Below, one piece after another: positions 40,531 through 52,984 of a DNA stretch of 64,000 bases. Source of the stretch: Octopus vulgaris (taxonomy: Eukaryota); contig OX597828.1 in the NCBI GenBank assembly GCA_951406725.2, forward strand, positions 74,896,001 to 74,960,000, written 5' to 3'. Positions within the stretch are counted from its first letter, which is position 1, and the number at the start of each line of letters is the position of its first letter. The translations under genes were made by a program, and so were the position numbers. The notes under the pieces were generated by a model that was not told where the DNA came from, did not search any database, and saw nothing but the letters and a program-made list of their open reading frames with translations.

Positions 40531-41100
40531 TTTGTCTATAAGTTCAATGAGGACTGAGTGCCCTTCAAAAACAGCATTTGATTTTATTTCTCCTTTTAAA
40601 CGTTAGGAAAAAGGAACATACCATTTTATGCCGAATATACCATTTTCGGTATGTTTGGCAACATATAACTTACCGACTGGCTAAAATGACATAATTTTAA
40701 TAAAAAGTAACTTCTTTTATATTATTTCTAGATTAAAAAAAAAAAATGAATGCAATATTCGTCATCAGCAAACAAAACTACATCAGAAATACATTTTTGA
40801 AAATAATTTGGTGAAACTTTCGAAAACTTCAAGTGGTTGGAAGAAATTTAACAAAATTCCCGTCGTTTGCGAAGCTATCACGGAAATTGACGAGTGATAC
40901 GTACGCCAAAAATTAACTCGGAGAACAAATAATTTCAGTGATCAATAACTTGTAAAAAATATTTTGATACACCTCCGAATGATATAGTATTAAATAAATA
41001 CAATGAAAATAAAAAATAATATTAATCTATATTTACACAAACAATTATATTAAAGATTTCCCATGGTGCAGTTCGTTGGTCGTCAAACCATCAACAAGCA

Positions 41101-41933
41101 ATGGACCCGAATCGTTCTAACGTGTGTAAGTCTTTGATTGAAGATTTAGGTTTAGACAGTAGCATGGAAGAAGTATGCGAACCAAAAATTAGTTCTGTGG
41201 TAGCAGACGAAGGCGATATTCACAGCCTTACCCAAGAATTATCTTCAGAGAATGAAAACAGACTGGCAGACGTTGGCGAGACTCGAACGTCGACCGGCGC
41301 GGGAGAAACGAAACTAGAATCTACTTTCACTATTGGCAAGAAAGACGACGATAACAACAACACCAACAATAACACTAACGACAACAAGAAGAGCGACACA
41401 TCATTTGGTACCAATGACGACGATATTTTACCTCACAAACCACCGGATTTCCTTTCGTCTCCATTCTCGACTGATTTTCCCTGTGTCCCAATTCTACCCA
41501 GCGTCACTCCAGATGAGATTTTGCCAAAGACCACCGATTCCTCTTCATCTAAAAGTGATAACAAAGATAGCAGTAGCAACAACACTACCACCACCACCAC
41601 CACCGCAGCCGCCGCCACGACGACCACGACAACCACCACCACCACCAGCAGCAGCAGCAACAACAACAGCAATAATACTACCAATAATGATTCGAAGAAG
41701 ACAACAGACAGTAGTAGCGTCCCGGAGAAAAGTTCTTCGAGCCAGTCTGGTAGTTCCGATGCCAATTGTGCCGCTTCGACGTCGAAGGATGGTACCACAT
41801 CAAGCAATGATGACAAAACCGATGCGAAACCAACGTCGTCCGATGAAAAACACAAACTCGAAAATGCCGACGAGGGAGATGCCACATTGGCGAAGCAGAA
41901 AAAGGAGAAACACGAAGAACGGTTAAAGATGCA
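41101..41933 (+). CDS. TAF11: TFIID subunit TAF11, exon 1 (long acidic/S/T/N-rich N-terminus)
   Basis: Open frame from ATG 41101 ending ...KHEERLKM(Q) with a CA|GTGAGT donor at 41934. It joins in frame to the histone-fold exons. Confidence 0.9.
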
Positions 41934-42917
41934 GTGAGTATAACGATTCTTTGAAGGAAGAATTCACTTTTGGGTTGCAGAACCAGTTTTTGAAATAGGG
42001 TGGTCACCATCTTACATACTGTTGTTGCTGTTTTGCTCCAAGATCTTTGTCTTAATTTTCCTTTATAATACCTATTTCTTTATTACCCACAAGGGGCTAA
42101 ACATAGAGAGGACAAACAAGGACAGACATAGGTATTACATCGACCCCAGTGCGTAACTGGTACTTAATTTCCTTTATAATACCATTCACGTCTAGGATGT
42201 TTTGCAGAAATTTTAACTGAGCCTTAACGCTGTGAGTTGGCAGAATCGTTAGCAAAACTGACATAATGCTTGGCGGCATTTCCTGCTACAAGCAAACTCC
42301 ACCGAGGTCGACTTTGCCTCTCTTCATTTCGGGGTCAATAAAATTGAGTACTGGGGTCGATGTAATCAACTTACCCACTACCGTGAAATTGCTGGCCTTG
42401 TGCCATTATTTGAAACCAATATTAACTGGGCCTCAATACTTGATTAATACTTTATTTTATGCACCTGGAATGAGCAAAAAGTGGAGTTCACTTCAACTGG
42501 ATTTGAACTCAGAACATAACAAGGAGTATGTAAATGCTGTAAGGCATTGATGTTCAAATCTCAGGCCTGCTGCATAGCACCAATAGGGCAGAGGAACAGC
42601 TCACCTTGCTCACTTCTATTGGGGTAACTACAAGACACCTACTGCTGGCATAAGCTTGACAATGGAGAGAGAACAAAATGTAATTAACCACAGCAGGTTT
42701 AAAATGTTTTTTGAGAAAATTTAACTGACCTGTGGAAGAGGAAGACGTAGAATAAATGGTGAGAAAGGAACTTCAGATGTTGGGCCTCACTGAAGGGCCA
42801 CAATTTATGTTCCTAACTCTAGCTTAATGATAAAGTTATTTTACTAAATTCTTTATTATATTTAAAATTAATTGAAAGAAACACAGAGCATCTCAAAATA
42901 AATCCGGTAACGACAGG

Positions 42918-43347
42918 GTTAACATCCAGATTACTCTGTCAAATCTAATGCTTATTTATTCACTGAACATGATCGATGCCAGGCCTGCCTGTCTGGCTCC
43001 TGTGCCGGTGGCACGTAAAAAGCACCCACTACACTGAGGGAGGGGTTGACATTTGGAAGGGCTTCCAGCTGTAGAAACATTGCCAGATCAGATTAGAGCC
43101 TGGTGCAGCCGCTGGCTCTCCAGACCACAGTCAAACTGTCCAACCCATGCCAGCATGGAAAACGGACGTTAAACGATGATGATGATGATTGTTTTGAATT
43201 AATCGTGCATTATCTTGTCGCTTCGATTGTTTTTAGAATGACATTGTAGGGTAGGTGTGAGAGGCCGGATCCGACCAGTTTAGTTTGAACAAAAAACAGT
43301 TTAAATATTTGGGCCGGATATTCCTGGTTTAAATGCTAAAGGATTAA
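42918..43347. mobile_element. piggyBac-like MITE interrupted by an RTE-tail repeat (~42975-43188)
   Basis: MITE body matches 6836-7015 and 60818-61039. The insert ends in ccaacccatgccagcatggaaaacggacgttaaac(gat)n. Confidence 0.65.
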
Positions 43348-43859
43348 TGGTGTTTCTTCTGACCCTTTACATTCTGAGTTCAAATCCCGCCAAGTTCAAC
43401 CTTTACTTTTCATCCTTCTGGGTATCAATATAATCGACTAAGCTTGACCCCTTGAAATATCTGGCCTTGGGCCAAAATTTGAAACAATTTTTATTATTAT
43501 AAATGGTGGGCTTGCAGGGTCGTTCAGAGCATTGAAAAACACACAACACACACATAAATACATATAACGCAAATACACACACATCAATACACATACAAAC
43601 ACACACACATAGATACATGAAATGCAAATACACAAACGAACACTCTCATAAATACATGCAACGCATAAATATTCTGCATTTAACCCTTTAGATACCAACC
43701 TGGTCATGCTGGAGCACTGCCTCTAGTCGAACAAATCGACCCCAGGACTTATTCTATTGGTCTGTTTTGCCAAACCGTTAAATAATGGGAATGTAAACAC
43801 ACCAACATTGGTTGTCAAGTGATGGTAGGGGGACAAACACAGATGCACACACACACGCG

Positions 43860-43897
<38 letters not shown>

Positions 43898-44148
43898 CAC
43901 ACACATATATATACGACAGGCTTCTTTCAGTATCCCTCTACCAAATCCACTCACTAGGCTTTGGTCAGCCCAAGGCTATAGTAGAAGCCACTTGCATGTC
44001 CTAAACCTCAGCTGAATAATTTCAGAGTTTAATAATTTTTTTTATTTTCAAAATCAATTTAAAAAAAAAAAGCAGTGTTATTTCAACAGAAATAACAAAA
44101 TAATTTTAATGATTTTACTTGTTTGTTCTTCTTCTTCTTCTTCTTCAG

Positions 44149-44236
44149 AGTTCTTGTGTCCAATTTCTCTGAGGAACAATTGAACCGTTATGAGATGTAC
44201 AGGAGAGCAGCTTTCCCCAAAGCTGCCATCAAAAGA
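44149..44236 (+). CDS. TAF11: TAF11 exon 2
   Basis: (ttc)n-ttcag acceptor and GTGAGT donor at 44237. Encodes (Q)[29 protein letters not shown], the TAFII28 histone-fold signature. Confidence 0.97.
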
Positions 44237-45058
44237 GTGAGTCTTGTACTGTAGTTTTTTGAACACTATTTCAGTGGTTGTGTAACCCCTGGATCAACCT
44301 TGGTCTGTTGCATATATTATAATGGCCAAATGTGTGTCTTGGCATTAGACATGGGGATCTCTTGTAGCAGTGTGATGATACTGAACGATGTACAAAGATG
44401 TCTTTCATAGCATAAGGACTGCATAGCTTGCATTGCACCAGAGCTTGAGTGCATTCTATAACATGCAGTTGTTGCTGCAGTTTTGATACATTCTGTTATT
44501 AGAGAATGCATTTTTTAGCAGCTCTTTTCCATCAACTGCAATGATGACATTTTCTGTTTCTTCAGCTACATAATGATGGCAGTGCATTGAGTTCCAGTAG
44601 AGATGGAATTTCATGGTTTGTTAGTGAGACCCACAATGTCATGCCTGACTGGTGTTGAACTTGGAAGGAACAGCAGACCAGTGGTTTACAAACTGAAGAG
44701 AAGCAAAGATTGGTTCAAAAGTGTGAGAGAGAAAGTCCCCCAAAACATAAATCTTCAGTAAATGAGACAAAATAACCTGTGGGTGGATTTAGTTAATCCT
44801 GGTTGGTGTGGAGTCTGCCTGGATGACAGGAGATAAAAAATGTGTAAGATGTGGGCCAAAAAGACTTGGTATTCTCTGATGGTGTTGGTTGGATACAACT
44901 AGAGGGAGTGGTATTGACAAATCTTTGTGTTATGATCTGTGTGCCTTGCAGTTGACAGCTCATGTTGGTAAACCCGTATATATGTATCTCTCTCTCTCTC
45001 TAAATATATATGTGTGTGTGTGACTAGCTATCTATCTGTCTGGTCTGTCCATACATCC

Positions 45059-45101
<43 letters not shown>

Positions 45102-45616
45102 TAAAAGTAATCCATCCATCCATATATGTATATATAAGAAAATTTAGAAAAATCTGCAAAAATCTAACATATACTCTTACAGCTGTTTCAATTTAGCCTA
45201 AAATATTAAATTACAATAATTAAATCATTATAGTAGGCAGAATCTCATCAGAGGGGTTGAAAAGATATGCTATTAGGTTATTATGTTTCGTGTTTTTGAA
45301 TCATCTCAGCAGACTCAGTATATATATATGTGTGTATGTATAAATATATATATATATATAATTGTTTCCTGTCTAATGAATGAGAATGAGAAAGAACTAT
45401 TCAATATATTTGTTGTAAAGGATATGGTTTTCTTTTACTGAAACTGATTTTGTCTTGTGACTCAAATTTTACGCCTGAAGATGGCAACATGAAACTCTCA
45501 ATTTCCGTTCCAAAAAAAAAAAAGTTCTATACACACACATATTTTATAATATTTTTAATTTCAAATGATGTTTACATATGTTTTCAATATTGTTTTGTAC
45601 TTTCTCTTTTCCGCAG

Positions 45617-45713
45617 TTAATGCAGTCCATCACAGGATCCTCTATTTCACAGAATGTTGTCATAGCAATGTCTGGCATAGCTAAAGTTTTTGTTGGAGAA
45701 GTTGTTGAAGAAG
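45617..45713 (+). CDS. TAF11: TAF11 exon 3
   Basis: tttccgcag acceptor and G|GTCTGT donor. Encodes [32 protein letters not shown]. Confidence 0.97.
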
Positions 45714-48005
45714 GTCTGTGAAATGCCAAAATTTCTTTGTTTCTATGTTCTGTCTCTACCATTCTGCCTTTTATGTTGGAATCTCAACTCCTTCCATTTC
45801 ATCTTTGTCAACCTTAGAGTGATGGTCCTTACACTAACAAACATTTGCTCTATTTTCCAGCATATTATTCAAAATAATATACAGTGCTTACATGTTGTGT
45901 AAACCTTCAAACATTGTCCTTATCTTTCCAAATATTGTTGCATTTCGCAAGGAATTTTTGGTCCTCTAAAATAGTATTTGTGTATAAATCAACCCACATT
46001 TTTTTGGCTGTAAATATTTTGATTAGATAAGTTTGACCTGTATGCTAGAGAAAACAATATGTATTCTGAGATCATCATCATCATTTCCCATGCTGGCATG
46101 GGTTGGACGGTTTGGCAGTAGCTGGGAAGCCAGAGGGCTGCACCAGACCTCAGTTGTCTGTTTCGGCAAGGTTTCTACAGCTGGATACCCTTCTTAATGC
46201 CAACCACTTTACAGAGTGCTTTTTATGTGGCACCAGCACCTTAATTCACCAAAATAGTTTAGATCATTCTCAAGACAAGTTGAATAAAGTTGGATTTGGG
46301 TTAAGACCTGTAAACTTGTCAGTACAATTACCTAAAGACAATAAGGGAGGTTTTATGAGGATGCTGGATGTGCTCAAATTAGCTGCCACACCTGTTTTTA
46401 AATTACACCATATCAGTTTAAAAAAAAGGAAACATTGAATGATGTATTCCTAGGTAGGCTGTATCTGAAAGAACAAGATATGATTGTTGTGACTGGAATA
46501 ACCCTTGGCTATAATTGTTTGTTTTGGGGAAATATCTGAATGTGGTGTGTTCCTGGTTACCATGAGACACCGCGACCTCTGCATGTTTGAAGAAGGGATT
46601 AAAAAGCTGAGCAACCGGAAAGGAATCCAGCTATGAAACACTGCCCCAGACAAGCCATCCATCCGAAGCTAGCGTGGAAAAACGAACGTAAAACCAACGA
46701 CAATGATGATGACATGACCCGAGTTCGGTTTAAATGTCAGATGCCATTTTTGTATTGCAAGGGACACAACTCTGCCATACTTTTATTCTGTTATATTTAG
46801 AGATGAATATTAATTTTTTAAAGTAGTTGTAAAAAATTATCTTTTGTTTTATACACTGGAGACTGAAGTTTAATCATCCTTTTATCGAGGATGAAAATTA
46901 TTTTGAGGTACAAGGACTATGTGGGGTTGAAGGGCTGCACTAAACTGTTCTGGTTGAGACCAGGGCCTTATGAGCAGCATTAAAAGCTTCCATTCAAATC
47001 TTTCTCATGATCTTTCACCTCTCTCTCTCTCCCTCTGAGGTTTGGTGCAGGTATGGCTGTATTCATTAGGAATTTACCTTGTAACCACGTGATTCCAGGT
47101 TCAGTCCCACTGTTTGGGGTCTGTAGAAGATCAGACATAACTGTGTGGTCAACAAGTCTGTTTTGCCTGCGTGCTTTTGGTGTGTGTCTCACTGTGCAAC
47201 ACCTTAGGCAAGTGACGTCCACTATAGTCCTGAGCTGAACAATGCCTTGTGAAAGAATTTTGGTAAACAGAAATTGTACAAAGCCTGTCGCGTGTGTGTG
47301 TATATTGCACTCACTTATGAGTGTGTGTATACAAAAGTTTAGAAGATTTTTTTAAAAATAAAAGTTGTTATGCCCGAGTAAAATTCGATTCAAATATATA
47401 CAACGTAGAAATATATTTATCTAATAACTGATGGTTGGATTCTAATTTTCCAATCTTTTTTGTTCCAAACTTTTGGCCAAGAAATCATATATTGCAAATT
47501 AAACATGATTTTGGACATTTGATATAAAAATTCTGTTTTTCAAACCTATGTTCCAAACTTTTGGCCACAACTGTATATATATCTGTGTGAAAGTTTAGAT
47601 TCTTTACTGGACTCAGCTATGGATATTAGTGACGCTTGTTGTCATTTCCCTGTCAACAAATCATTCACTGGCTCTGTTCTTTCAAAGGGAAAGTGGAAAG
47701 GAATCTCCCTCACTCGTGTAACAGGAAAGGGTTAGCAACAGTTCAGGCATTTAGCTGTAAACCAATGTCTCAATAACGTATTCATCTAACTCATGCTGTC
47801 ATAGAAAAACAGATGTAAAGCAAGTGTGATATATATATATACACACTTACACAGTTATATGATGATGATATACATGTATATATATATATATATATATATC
47901 ATCATCATCATCGTTTAGCGTCTGTTTTGATGATGATGATGATGATGATATATATATATATTTATATACACATGTATATCATCATCATATAACTGTGTAA
48001 GTGTG

Positions 48006-48039
<34 letters not shown>

Positions 48040-48529
48040 AAATATAACATGTCTTGAATGGCACAACTCTGCAGAGTGGACTATAATAACTGTTATAATT
48101 TAATTATTCATAGACTGATATAATATTTTGGAATATAAGAATTCCTTCTTCAGATATTGCTAGGAATTGATCGAGTCACTGCTATAATTGTTTTATATAT
48201 ATATATATCTATATATATATACACACAATACTATTTTATATCCAAACACATGCACATTTTTTCTATTAAATGTCTTTAATATTCTGTGTAAGTCGATCTG
48301 CCTAACTTGCTTTCCATTACATTTACTCATCTATGTCTTTCGGGATTTATATCTGAGTAAGATCTTAGCATTCATTGAGAAAACTGATAGACTGGTGCTT
48401 TCAAACAAAAAAAAAAGCAACATTTGATATTCGTTCCCCATCAAATTGCATAACCAGTCGTTTGTTACTCTCATCATCCAGAGTGCAGGATGTTCCTTTC
48501 GAGCTTTGGGCCTCAGGGAAGCAATATGG

Positions 48530-48900
48530 CTGAGTTCCTTTCAAGCGTTGGGCCTCAAGGAGGCTATGACCAAGACCTTTGGCATTATGTTGTGCTTGAG
48601 AAGAAGAAGACCCATCAAGCTGAGCAAAATCGCAGCCGTGGCAGATACCAGTGTCACGCAAATTGGCACCCATGCCGGTGGCACACCCTGATGTCATACA
48701 AATGGCACCCATGCTGGTGGCATATAAACACACCTATTACACTCTTGAAGTGGTTGGCATTAGGAAGGGCATCCGGCCATAGAAAACTGTACCAAATCAG
48801 ACTGGAGTCTGGTGCAGCCTTCCAGCTTACCAGCCCAGTCAAACCGTCCAACCCATGCCAGCATGGGACAACGGATGTTGGATGATGATGATGATGATGA
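48530..48900 (+). mobile_element. RTE-like LINE/SINE 3' tail with (GAT)n
   Basis: Same tail as at 18780, 43000, 46075(-), 49490(-), 50340(-), 51000, 52155(-) and 59285(-). Confidence 0.7.
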
Positions 48901-49203
48901 CGATCTGCTTAGTTGCAGTTGAAAATACATAGTGACAGAACCATTGGAGCGATGTGAGTGTTTTATTCTGTTCTCCGTTGCCATTGGTGATGCTTTAAAT
49001 CTTAATTATTCTTTGGATTTCATGTTTGGCATCTAAGGGTGATTTTCGTTAGGCTCACATTCCATCCTGTACACTGACTCGACATTCATGTAAATAAATG
49101 GAGTTAGTTGTCTCCCTTTCATATTTGTTACCTTGGAAACAATAAATATTTTTGGTCTTTTATTTTTAAAATAATTTCTTTATTTTGTTTTTGTATTCTT
49201 CAG

Positions 49204-49337
49204 CCCTGGATGTGCTTGAACAGTGGGGCGAGAGTGGACCACTCCAGCCAAAACATTTGCGTGAGGCAGTCCGCAGACTGAAACATCAAGGCATTGTACC
49301 GACAACGAAATTTAAGAAAAGTGCTTTTTTTAGATAA
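49204..49337 (+). CDS. TAF11: TAF11 exon 4 (terminal)
   Basis: ttcttcag acceptor. Encodes (A)[43 protein letters not shown]-stop. Total CDS is 833+88+97+134=1152 nt (383 aa). Confidence 0.97.
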
Positions 49338-49400
49338 ATAAATGATATAAATGACTGCTTTTGTAAATAAATATTTATTGAAATTTATACTGTGTCTTGT
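49337..49400 (+). terminator. Probable TAF11 polyadenylation signals
   Basis: AATAAA at 49337-49342 and 49366-49371, followed by GT-rich tgtgtcttgt at 49391. Confidence 0.5.
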
Positions 49401-50639
49401 CAGGTTTTATGAACAGAGCTTGCCAGTGCTGGTGCCTCATGAAAGGCACCTGTCCACTCTGTGACAGGGTTGGTATTCGGAAATGCATCATCATCATCAT
49501 CATCATCATTGGTTAATGTCTGCTTTCCATGCTGGCATGGATTGGACGGTTTGACATGGAGGAGGCGAGCAGGGAGCTGTCCAGCCTGGTTTTTACGGCT
49601 GGATGCACTTCCTAAATGCCAACAGCATCCAGCTATAAGAACCCTGCCAAAACGGACAGTGGGGTTTGGTGCAGTTCTCTGGCCTGGCCAACTCCTGTCA
49701 AACCGTCCAACCCGTGCCAACAGGGAAGATGGATGTTAAATGATGAGGAAGGCTGATAAGAAAGAAGATGCACACGATTCACAGGATTTGTATTGTTGGA
49801 TCGTGTAAATGTTGGAGCACACATGAGTGGGGGGGGGGGGGATGAGGACAAACACACACATATATGCTTGCCTAAGGCACTGTACAGTGGACTGGACCTG
49901 GAACGATGTAGATGGGAAGCAAGCATCTTACTACACAGCTATATTTGCACCTATGAATATATATTTATATATGTGTATGTATGGCGAGAGAGAAGGAGAT
50001 GTTTTGGCTGAGGAACCATGAACAAATAAATTACAGTTTGTTAAAATATTAGGTACCCTAACCATTAAATGGTGGTGGGAATGGATGGATGCAATTTCAT
50101 GTCTGCCACTAAATAATTTGTATTATGGCTCTTCCTTTCTTCTTCTCTTTCTGCTCGTTAGTTTGTTTCTCCATCAGTTGAAGGGCAAAGATCTGACTTG
50201 TTGCCAGGACACCACCATTGACCCACTCCAGCCTCTCACCCATACATGCATCTTCTCTCAGTTTTCTTCTATTGCTGCTGCAATGACCTCTATGTTGTGC
50301 CACCAACTCGTCTTGTGCCATTGTGACCACAAACCCATCATCATCATCATCGTTTAGCGTCCGCTTTCCATGCTAGCATGGGTTGGACGGTTCGACTGGG
50401 GTCTGGGAAGCCAGAAGGCTGCACCAGGCCCAGTTTGACCTATACTAATCTCTAATCTTTTTTGATTCCAAAAGTTTAGTCCTCTACAAATTCTTTCCCT
50501 GCAGCAGTTGTTTAAGCAGAGCATAAACAGCATCAGTTTGTTGCTGGTCTTGGAGTGTCTATGAAGACAGAAAGGTGAACCTGACTGGTAAACGTTCACT
50601 CCTGAATGTTTGTATGAGAAACCATGTTTAAAAGAGTGA

Positions 50640-50971
50640 AGACCCACCCCCACTTTGGTCGGGAATGACTTTGGGATTGCAGCTGGAAAGTTACCCTTCT
50701 GGGGCACAAGTCTAGGCAATGTTGTGTATGGTCACCCAGGCATACCAGTTTCCCCTCTCCATGCCACCAATGTTATCCAAGGGAACGGCAAAGGGGCCGA
50801 TACAGCTTGGCACCAGTGACATCACAATTCATTTCTACAGCTGAGTGAACTGGAGCAACGTGAAATGAAGTGTCTTGCTCAAGAACACAACACACAGCCC
50901 AGTCAGGGAATTGAACTCACTGTGTTGTGATTGTGAGCCCAACGCTCTAACTACTGAGCCGTGTGCCTTCA
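50640..50971 (-). mobile_element. SINE family A
   Basis: Reverse copy of 21010-21350. Confidence 0.85.
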
Positions 50972-52984
50972 AATAATTAAGTTAATGTGCTGCTAAAGAT
51001 CACCTGTGTCGGCACCACATAAAAGGGCACATGGGACAGTGTCACATATGAAGCACTTGTGCCACATGGAAAGCATCTCTGCTGGGACCATGTAAAAAGC
51101 ACCCAGTGCACTCTGTAAAGTGGTTGGCCTTAGGGACGACATCCCGCCGCAGAAACCAAACCAAAAACTGACAATTGGAGTCTGGCACAGCTCTCTGACT
51201 TGCCAGCTCCTGTCAAACCGTCCAACCCATGCCAGCATGGAAAACGGATGATGATAAGGACGAGAATCAGAAGAATCCTTTTGTGCTCTTTGAGGGTTTT
51301 GCTCTGGTATTCATCACCACCATCTTACCTTCTTGGCTTCTCTTGCTCAACTTTATATAATGCAGGGCAGCCATGTATCTTTTTTTCCCTACCATCAAAT
51401 CACTTCTTCCCCACCATCAAATGCTCCCACCACCACTTATCTGGTGGAGGGACAAGAGGGCTTTTTTCCCCCTTTTTCCTTTTCTTGTTCTTTACCTGTC
51501 TTGGAAGTTGGTATCCTCACTAACGCTGGTGGTGCCAAGAAAAAAGGCACTGCAAAGTGGTTGGCACTAGAAAGGCATTCAATGAGAGGAACCACACCAA
51601 AGCAGACACTGGGGCACAACGCACCCCTGCTGTTCACCAGATCCTACAGACATTAATTGAGGATGATGATGGTGATGATGCTGTTGTAGTGATCAAAAGA
51701 CACTAATTAATCATTGACAAATTACTGTTACTGCAAGTATGGGAGACAACTCAAACATTTTTGATCTTATTATGTCCTCATCAGTAAAATTAAAACATAG
51801 TCTTCATGTTCTTGCTGAATTAACGGTGGGAGGAAAAAATCACTGAAGCATACGACAATGTACATAGATTCGTGCCTAAAGACAGACTTAATAGAGAGTA
51901 GCTACAAATTGGTACTGCCCCCCCCCCCCTCTTTTTTTTTTAAATCTCAAATTTAAAAATTAGAAAAAAAAAATGCTTTGGTCTTGGCCCCAGTGGCTAA
52001 ATAATGGTATTCACAATAATTTTCGTATCTGTGGGCTCTGATTAAACAATATATTAAATAATGAGTAATTATTTAATATAATTCAGCTCAATGTTTCTTC
52101 CCTTGATCCAGTGGTGACCATCACACCTTTTTCTCAAACGTATATATATCTGCTATCATCATCATCATCATCATTTAATGTTCATTGTCCCTGCTGGCAT
52201 GGGTTGGACAGTGTGACCAGGGCTGGCAGGCCAGAGAGCTGCTCAAGACTCCAGTTTGATTTGGCATGATTTCTACAGCTGGATGCCATTCCTAATGCCA
52301 ACCCCTTTACAGAGTGTGTGAGGTGCTTTTATGTGGAACCACCCAGAAGGATGGTCTTAACACTTCTGCTGCAGGCCATGGGTGTTCTCAGTCCTTTGTT
52401 AAACTTGCCTGGAAGGTTCAGCTTCTCAAGTTTATTCTGAATATGTCCTTCCTGTTTTAAAAACGTAAGGTGCGATTTGTTATTTCTGGAATTTCATGGA
52501 TTAACGGAATTGTTAAAGCGTTGGACTAAATCTTTTGTGGTATTCATTATGGCTCATTATGTTCAGAGTTCAAATCTCGCTAAAGTCAACACTATGATAT
52601 TCTGGGATGTGAATATAATTATAATAATAAAAATTTATGGATAATTATTGACTGAATGAGGAATGTATAAAGATCACTTGTCTGTCCTGAGTGATAGAAA
52701 CAAATAATATTTAAATCTTATTATATATATTTGGCTCTTAACAGAATAGATATAAATTTCTCTTCCTAAATTTCTTTTCTAAAAATTATCAACGGCAGCC
52801 TTTGACTTTTATATTCAAAGGATTTTTTATTCAGATATTTACAATATTATTATAGCTTAATTTGCTTCGAGATCCAATGTTCAAAGAAAAAAAAAATCGT
52901 AATTTTTTTTTTTTAAATGACTCACTAATTTTTAACAAGTGGAGTGAACTAATCGGTGATGCTGAGAGATAAAAATGGTAATCC

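Noticed and set aside
41333-42010. Overlapping alternative-frame and antisense ORFs in TAF11 exon 1
   Set aside because: Shadows of low-complexity trinucleotide coding sequence with no motifs.
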